Shown here: piece after piece, positions 1 to 64,000 of the stretch
Position numbering within the stretch: position 1 is the first letter of the stretch
Layout: the number at the start of each line of letters is the position of its first letter
Source of the DNA: the human T2T-CHM13v2.0 reference genome, Homo sapiens
Strand: one strand, 5' to 3'
NCBI RefSeq assembly: GCF_009914755.1
Contig: NC_060946.1
DNA length: 64,000 bases
Translations under genes and position numbers: made by a program
The notes under the pieces: generated by a model
What the model saw: only the letters and a program-made list of their open reading frames with translations
Told to the model about the DNA's origin: nothing
Databases searched by the model: none

Positions 1-143
<143 letters not shown>

Positions 144-329
144 TCAAGGGAGAGTGTGGGTTATTGCTTTCACTCATAGGGAAGTCAGTTTCTAATCCTG
201 TTCCATCATCAGTGATTAAATGTGGTGATGACTTCTCAGTTGAGCTCTGGTTATGGGCACATTATAAAAAAATCATTGTGTAATTTAGCACGGTCTTTGC
301 TGAGGACTCAAGGACTTCAGTAGCAGTGA

Positions 330-1021
<692 letters not shown>

Positions 1022-1142
1022 ATACTTGGGCATTTTTAGATTTGAGTTATGCTTACGTGTAAATTTGGAATCCTCGTTCTGGTTTTTTCCTGGTGCGTTT
1101 TGTTCCCCATTTCCCCAAACCCCTTTTCCGTGCTCTGTGTAG

Positions 1143-54586
<53,444 letters not shown>

Positions 54587-55661
54587 TCCAAGGAGGAAAT
54601 GAGCCCCAAGCAATGGAAAGCTGCACACGAAGACTGGAATGTGGAGAACTGGGGAGTGCCCTGTCAGCTCTATTCCCATCACCTGCTCCACCCCTTCACG
54701 GCGACCCACTCGTGCCATACTTGAGCTGGAGCCAGTCACGGGCCCTAAAAGGACACTCCTTAGATGACTGACACACAGATTGCAAAGGTCCTCGGCCAGG
54801 GATCTCTTGCACAGCTGATGTAGACAGTCAGGCAAAACTAATGAACGTGGAGTTAATGATGACTTTTCCAAATCCTGAGACACTTTTCAGGGAAAATCAC
54901 TTTAAACTTGGGGGAGGGGGTATACTCAAGAATGGAGTGGTGCTTTTAAACTTTGATGAGCAGCTAAACTCAGGTATATATTTGGGGAAGGGACTACTCT
55001 TAGTATTAATGGTTTTGGAGCTGGGTCCAGTTTACAGAATTTTCATGTTGCCTTTTAAAATAATTTTTGTTGGTGGTGAATGTATTGTACATAAAGTGGG
55101 AAGGGTGGGTGGGGATGCGGAAGAAATGGGGGTCCTAACTGGTGGGCACACAGCACTGGAGTGATTTTTATCTGTTTACAATCATGTCACACTGAATACT
55201 TATGGGAGCCGGAGATGAGGGTAGGAAAGGTTTGATCTTGTAATGTGTCACTGTGTTTCCTTAGTGGCCAGCCAGCCTTCAGAATAGCTAAAGGCCTTCC
55301 TTCCTTCCAGTCAGCCTGAGAGAGAACACCTGTCCCCTAAGCACCTGGTGTCTCCATTGGAGGCAGACTGCTCTCAGGAGACTACTAGAAGCTTCAGCCC
55401 GGAAGACAGGCTGCTCTCTCATGCTGGTGGCCCAAATTGAGAAAGTGGTGTCCCTTCCTGATTTTGCCACCAGCCCTACCGAATAGTTGTAAACCAGTAT
55501 CAGGAATTGGGATCGCTAGAGTGTTTCACGTATTAGAAGATGAATCGTCCTCATCACAGACCTCCCTGTCAGGACTGTGATCTAGAAGGCATCACACACA
55601 GCTTTCTGGCACGAATCACATTTTGTGGAAGTGACTACTCAGGTTTGTATATTTTAGTATC

Positions 55662-55667
55662 AATAAA
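55662..55667 (+). terminator. Candidate proximal poly(A) signal AATAAA in the 3'UTR
   Basis: Canonical hexamer in a U-rich context with TGTA upstream; another AATAAA at 57832-57837. Confidence 0.4.
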
Positions 55668-58600
55668 GAATTGCACAGGTTTGAATAGGAAAAATGTATT
55701 CTATAGATTTACAGTTTGAATTTAGGAATATTTCAGTATATATAGTTTTTATTCGTTTTAAGTGAATCATAGTAAAATCAGTCATGGTGATTTAAAATAG
55801 CTATCAAGAACAAGTTCTTGGAATTATCTGTTGTATCTGTGATAGGAAACCATTTTACAGTATTAAATTACTTTATTACAGTTGTAGAGTTGAATTACAC
55901 TGGATTCTCCCTCGTTAGCATTCTGTATTTGATTTTAGCTGAAAGGTCACCAAAGTTAGGACCCATGTTTTAAACTTTTGAATATTCCACAAAAGAAAAA
56001 ACTAAGGAAAATACTGAAATTACAGGTCTTTGTAAAGAATAGCATATTTTTAAGCATGCTTTTGGGATAGTAGAAGAGTCTCTATGAAATATTAATCTGC
56101 CCTAGTTTCTTATAAATTCAGCTGTGGGAGGGGCCAGTAGAGTGTTTCCCTCCAATTCCAGGATTCCTAGTGAAGCATGGAACTGTCGTGTTTACAGTTT
56201 GCTAAACATATGCTGTCCGTGGAAAAGGAAGCTAATCGGAAGCATCCATGATACAGAGAAATGAAAGCCAAGACACCAGTTCCAGGATGATGGAAGTTCA
56301 TATCCGTACGCAAATGCTGAACCTGGTGCTGCTGCCTAGGGCTCAGGCAGATTTGAGAGTTGAGTAGGGAACACAGGTGCCTCTAAGGTATAATGCACAA
56401 AAATACAGATTTTCTCTCAGAGAGGTTTTAATTTTAAATTTGATGTATTTGCAAGTGGATTGAGTTTTGAGCCTGTGTTCTCACTGGATCCTAATTCTTG
56501 TTAGAAACCTATCACTGGCATAACCTGGTTTAGAAGAGTGAAGAGGACAGAAGGATTGTGGATGGGTCTGCCCTTTAGCTAGTATCCGCTAACATGGGGC
56601 ATTACTACTTCAGTTTCTGTGTTTGTGCAGAAGCAGGGAGGAGGTAAAAAGCTAGTTTGGAGCTGGTTAGACCTGGTCTAGGCCCAGAGAATTTGGCCAC
56701 TGACAGCCTTTCTCTTTTCCTGGTAATGCTGGTTTGAATCAGAGGCCTCTCACTTCTCCTTAACAGGAGCACTGACACTGTGGGCCTCTCCCCATGACTA
56801 CCCCAGGGGCCTGGGTGGGAGTGGCTGTAAGCAGCAGTTGGGCCATTGCCCCCTTTCCTTCTGCCCTCGTGGTCCTTGAGCAGTTGTGTGCACACTCTTC
56901 CAGGTAATCCTGTCTCCTCTCTCTCCCAGTGACCGCCCCAATCAGCTGTTGCTAGAGCGATGCTGTGAACGATACAGGAAAAGTCAGTAAATCCCTTTAT
57001 CCTTAATCTCCCTTCTTGGTTTTCGACAGAAAATATTAAGGAAGAGCAATAGGAAATAGAACTACTGTATTATAACACTGTGAACAAGAACATCAGCAGC
57101 AGCAGAATTGTCAGCCTTCCTGCGTCCTGTGTGGGAATGTGTCCATGCCTTATAGGTACTAGTGCTTCGTCCATTGTCCAGGGAGTGTCCTGAGCTTTCA
57201 CTGGTCTTTGAAGTGCAGATCTGCTATAAGCTGTCTGGAGCTGCAAGGTTGCAGGAATCCACAGGAGCGTGAGCTGCTGTGAACCCCTAGCCCACCCATC
57301 CCCAAGCAGGATCTTCTTCTCACCTTTTCTTCCTCCTCTAGCACTTCTCTTTCCAAGTGTCTTAAGCAGATGCAATGTCTTAAAGCAGATGCAAATGCAT
57401 TTGCCATCTTCTCCATTAGGAAAATGATGGTTATGTGATATGTTATATTTAGGAAGTAGTGTGTAAGGTATCCTGAAAAGGTTTGCTCTCAAGCTAGAAG
57501 GACATTTCACCCTGTGGGTCACTGTCACCTTGTCAGCGTGCCGGCTCTCAGTGGTCCCCAGGAGGATGGGGATAGCTGAGATCGTGGAGAATGGGAAATA
57601 CCATTGCATCTCTTTGATTTAACACTCATGGCTCACCTTTAGTAGAGTTGTTAATAAGTTAGAAACTTGTGTCCCTAAGGCCCAAGAGAAAAGATGAGCT
57701 TCTTGGGAGGATTCTGGGTTTGTTTTCCCCTCAGAATTAAAAAATAGTTTTTAATTCAGCTACTTTTTCCCCTCAGTTAAAAGGTAGCAGGAGCTATTGG
57801 CTGAAATTTGTTACAGTGAATGAATGTGGAGAATAAATAAGAACAAACCCTGTAGGATTCTTGTTGACGTAACTTTCCATCCCACCTCTCCGCCTCTCCA
57901 TCACCAGCCTTCATCAGGTTGGTTTAGTTTACCTGGCCGTACACACGAGCTGCTCATCAACAGTTCGTATCTTCTCACTGAGCCCGGGCCAGATGCTCTC
58001 AGAAGGCCTTCTCATGCTCCTCTTCGTTAGGCTTAGTGAAAACCTTAAGACCTGCAGTTTGTGCCCCTCAGTTCAGTCAGACCTCAGCTTTAAATGTCGA
58101 TTTACTCTGTCTTGTTCCCTGAAAGTGTTTCTTGTGACTAAGCATTTGGTGTCATTATCCCATGCCATTTATCTGCTGTATAGTTACTATATTATTTTTG
58201 CTGATTCCTACTGCTGGCAGATGCCATCCCAGGCCCACAAAATCCCAGTGTTGCAGTCACCACAGCTGTCAGAAACAAGTTTGCAATCCATACTTCTTAG
58301 TTCAATTTTTTTTTTTAATGGACATTCAAATCTGTAAATACTACACTGCTCTTAAGACCTGATTTGAAATTTCACAGGAAGGCCTAATCCTATAGTCACA
58401 AGGTAAGGACAGTTGAGTAGTGTAAGAACCCCACCCTGCTTGCAGAGAACCTTGGTTTTCATAGAAAGGAAAGGCTAAAGGTTTTCTAGCATTGTTGCCC
58501 TTCTTTGTCTGTCAGTCAGTTCACCCTCTGTGATTCTCCATGGACCCGCATTGCAGAAAATCAGTCCCATATATTAGTGAGCCATGTACTGCCCAATCCG

Positions 58601-58810
58601 GGGGCTCCTGGGGTGTGGTGTGTCCACCAGTGACTCTCCGGACACTAGCTTCAGTAAGGATACTTCTTATTTCGGTTGAGAATGCAGAGGCTTTTATTCG
58701 TGGACTCACATCACTGCATAGGCACAAAGAATGTGATTGCCATTTGCTGCGTGAGAAAAAGCTGGGCTCCCTATTTCTTTTTTGGGTTGGACTCTGCCGT
58801 GCAGCCATAG

Positions 58811-59261
<451 letters not shown>

Positions 59262-59490
59262 TAGACAGATGTGCGGAGGGACTGTTCCGGGCTCGGCTTG
59301 ACCTTTTCCTACCTAGTTTCTCCCTCTTGTCCTGCACAAGAGGACTAACTGAACTCTAACGTCAGAACGGCTGACGAGCAGTTGATTGTCCTTGCTTGTG
59401 TTGTTGACAGGGGTGGGTGGGGTGGGAGCAGGGGTATGGATATTGCATAAGTTATTGAAATGCTGACCCCCGTTCAGGAAACCATGCAGC

Positions 59491-59529
59491 CCCTTCCCTT
59501 CCCTTCCCTTCCCTTCCTTTCCCTTCCCT
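59491..59529 (+). repeat. (CCCTT)n pentamer repeat in the 3'UTR
   Basis: About 7-8 copies. Confidence 0.85.
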
Positions 59530-59871
59530 AGCCAGGGCTCAGGTACCTCACTCTCCTGCCTTGTGCGTAGCTCCTGGGGCCCCGGTCAGTCCCCAGCAGC
59601 CTTGGCACACAGTGTCTGGAGCCTCTGCTCCTGCTGCAAAAGCAGAAACCATGTGAACCTTCTGGCCAGTACTGGAAAGGGGAATGCTATTTATTTTTAT
59701 ATTGTGTATATTTTGTCGTGGTCTGCTGATTCCCTGTTTCACTGAGAGCGACACTTACCTCAATAGTTAGTTCAATATTGTGTGTTGGATAATTTTTTAA
59801 AAGAACTTTTTAAAAAGCTTTTTGATCCTTGGAGGTCTGTAGATTTATTTCCATATGAACTGGTTATTTTG

Positions 59872-59930
59872 TATAAAGTACATGCTTAAAATAGCAAGGC
59901 TCCTCTGTGTGTGTGGTGTGTCTGTCCATG
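59872..59930 (+). terminator. Probable distal polyadenylation signal (TATAAA variant) with GU-rich downstream element
   Basis: TATAAA 59872-59877, nearby TGTA motifs, downstream ctgtgtgtgtggtgtgtctgt. Confidence 0.6.
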
Positions 59931-60461
59931 TGTCATTTCCATATCAGGGCAAACCCAGACTTCCATCAGGACGAAGGCGTGAACTAGGCCACAAGGCCAC
60001 CAGCTGAAATGCCACCCCTCGTCCATTCTCATGCATCCAGAATCCACGGAGGCGGGGCACGGGTCCTGTGCATGAGACAGAGGAATATGGTTCCAGAGAA
60101 CTTCAAAACAGTCATGTACTGACTGGCAGTTCTAAACCATGTCAGGGATAAAACGCTCCTCACAGCCGATCCTTGCGAAGCTGGCCCGGCCGTCAGCATC
60201 TCACTGGTAAAGGCGTCCGCTTTCAGAAGGTTACTACACCTGAGGTGCACGACTTCTCTCCTTGCAGGCTTTAGGGTGCCTGGGATGGGAAAGGAGTATA
60301 ACAGTGGGGCAGCGGGGCAGCTCCAGCCTGGAGCCCGCTGTGCACACACATGGCCAGAAGTGGGAGCTCCAGCCTAAGCAAGCGGGCAATCTTATACCTG
60401 CCAAGGTCATTTATGTTTTATTTCCAGTTACTGGGAGAACAGTTTGAAAGTAGCTTCATTC

Positions 60462-62267
<1,806 letters not shown>

Positions 62268-62352
62268 TCAGATTTCCTCCTACCGTGACATGAATTCTCA
62301 CCAAACAAAGGCCAGAATGTTTTTTGACATATTTAGCTATTGATAGGCTTTA

Positions 62353-63906
62353 GCTCTCCCTCTCCCTCTCCCTCTCCCTCTCCTCACGGTCTCCCTCTCT
62401 TTCCACGGTCTCCCTCTCATGCGGAGCCGAAGCTGGACTGTACTGCTGCCATCTCGGCTCACTGCAACCTCCCTGCCTGATTCTCCTGCCTCAGCCTGCC
62501 GAGTGCCTGTGATTGCAGGCACGCGCCGCCACGCCTGACTGGTTTTGGTGGAGACGGGGTTTCGCTGTGTTGGCCGGGCTGGTCTCCAGCTCCTAACCGC
62601 GAGTGATCCGCCAGCCTCGGCCTCCCGAAGTGCCGGGATTGCAGACGGAGTCTCGTTCACTCAGTGCTCAATGGTGCCCAGGCTGGAGTGCAGTGGCGTG
62701 ATCTCGGCTCGCTACAACCTCCACCTCCCAGCCGCTTGCCTTGGCCTCCCAAAGTGCTGAGATTGCAGCCTCTGCCCGGCTGCCACCCCGTCTGGGAAGT
62801 GAGGAGCGTCTCTGCCTGGCCGCCCATCGTCTGGGATGTGAGGAGCCCCTCTGCCTGGCTGCCCAGTCTGGAAAGTGAGGAGCGTCTCCGCCCGGCCGCC
62901 ATCCCATCTAGGAAGTGAGGAGCGTCTCTGCCTGGCCGCCCATCGTCTGAGATGTGGGGAGCGCCTCTGCCCCGCCGCCCCGTCTGGGATGTGAGGAGCG
63001 CCTCTGCCCGGCCGCGACCCCGTCTGGGAGGTGAGGAGCGTCTCTGCCCAGCCGGCCCGTCTGAGAAGTGAGGAGACCCTCTGCCTGGCAACCACCCCGT
63101 CTGAGAAGTGAGGAGCCCCTCCGCCCGGCAGCCACCCTGTCCGGGAGGGAGGTGGGGGGTCAGCCCCCCGCCCGGCCAGCCGCCCCGTCCGGGAGGTGAG
63201 GGGCGCCTCTGCCCGGCCGCCCCTACTGGGAAGTGAGGAGCCCCTCTGCCCGGCCACCACCCCGTCTGGGAGGTGTGCCCAACAGCTCATTGAGAACGGG
63301 CCATGATGACAGTGGCAGTTTTGTGGAATAGAAAGGCGGGAAAGGTGGGGAAAAGATTGAGAAATCGGATGGTTGCCGTGTCTGTGTAGAAAGAAGTAGA
63401 CATGGGAGACTTTTCATTTTGTTCTGCACTAAGAAAAATTCTTCTGCCTTGGGATCCTGTTGATCGGTGACCTTACCCCCAACCCTGTGCTCTCTGAAAC
63501 ATGTGCTGTGTCCACTCAGGGTTAAATGGATTAAGGGCGGTGCAAGATGTGCTTTGTTAAACAGACGCTTGAAGGCAGCATGCTCGTTAAGTGTCATCAC
63601 CACTCCCTAATCTCAAGTACCCAGGGACACAAACACTGCGGAAGGCCGCAGGGTCCTCTGCCTAGGAAAACCAGAGACCTTTGTTCACTTGTTTATCTGC
63701 TGACCTTCCCTCCACTATTGTCCCATGACCCTGCCAAATCCCCCTCTGTGAGAAACACCCAAGAATTATCAATAAAAAAATAAATTAAAAAAAAAAAAGA
63801 ATAACAAGAAACATCTATTCTCTGTTTTCCATACCCTAAGCTTGGTTCTAAGCACCTTATGTTCATTGACTTATTAAATTCTCACAACATGAAAAAAAAA
63901 AAAAAA
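62353..63906 (+). mobile_element. Full-length SVA retrotransposon (SVA_D/F-like) with 3' transduction
   Basis: CCCTCT hexamers (~62354-62392), antisense Alu-like domain, GC-rich VNTR (~62770-63270), SINE-R (~63270-63770), AATAAA 63771 and poly(A); TSD GATAGGCTTTA at 62342-62352 and 63907-63917. Confidence 0.97.
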
Positions 63907-63919
63907 GATAGGCTTTAAT

Positions 63920-64000
63920 TTTTCTTGAGACAGGGTTTCACTCTGTTGCCCAGGCTAGGTACAGTGGCATGGTCTCAGCTCACTGCAGCCTCAATCTCCC
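63920..64000 (-). mobile_element. Alu, cut by the window edge
   Basis: ttgagacagggtttcactctgttgcccaggct. Confidence 0.85.

Noticed and set aside
57070-57609. 179-aa minus-strand ORF in the 3'UTR
   Set aside because: No recognisable domain, non-ATG start and no supporting gene structure; probably chance.
62770-63270. Regularly spaced gtgaggagc repeats resembling a CRISPR array
   Set aside because: SVA VNTR: the units are mutually similar, there are no unique spacers or cas genes, and the context is eukaryotic.
62337-63783. Overlapping GC-rich ORFs up to 192 aa
   Set aside because: They come from the SVA VNTR, Alu-like and SINE-R domains; SVA is non-coding.

Overview
Primate (very probably human, 22q11.21 cat-eye region) genomic DNA carrying the 3' part of CECR2 on the + strand. 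CECR2 is the DDT/WHIM, AT-hook and bromodomain subunit of the CERF ISWI chromatin-remodelling complex. I traced 16 phase-compatible GT-AG coding exons from 1143 to 54586 (3990 nt, 1329 codons plus stop), followed by a ~5.3 kb 3'UTR ending near 59897. The introns are very Alu-dense and also hold L1 fragments, MaLR LTRs, Tigger-family DNA transposons and a full-length DNAJA1 processed pseudogene (- strand) with nested insertions. Downstream lies a full-length SVA whose target-site duplication encloses a 93-bp 3' transduction and a second poly(A) tail; this is the clearest unusual event in the window. Other leads: an intronic polyadenylation route that truncates the bromodomain, a probable template-switch junction behind a 20-aa exon extension, gene conversion between two Alus, candidate poison and micro-exons, and 3'UTR G-quadruplexes. 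I found no CRISPR array, tRNA, rRNA or new protein-coding system. Exon coordinates were read base by base; repeat boundaries and subfamilies are approximate and by eye.
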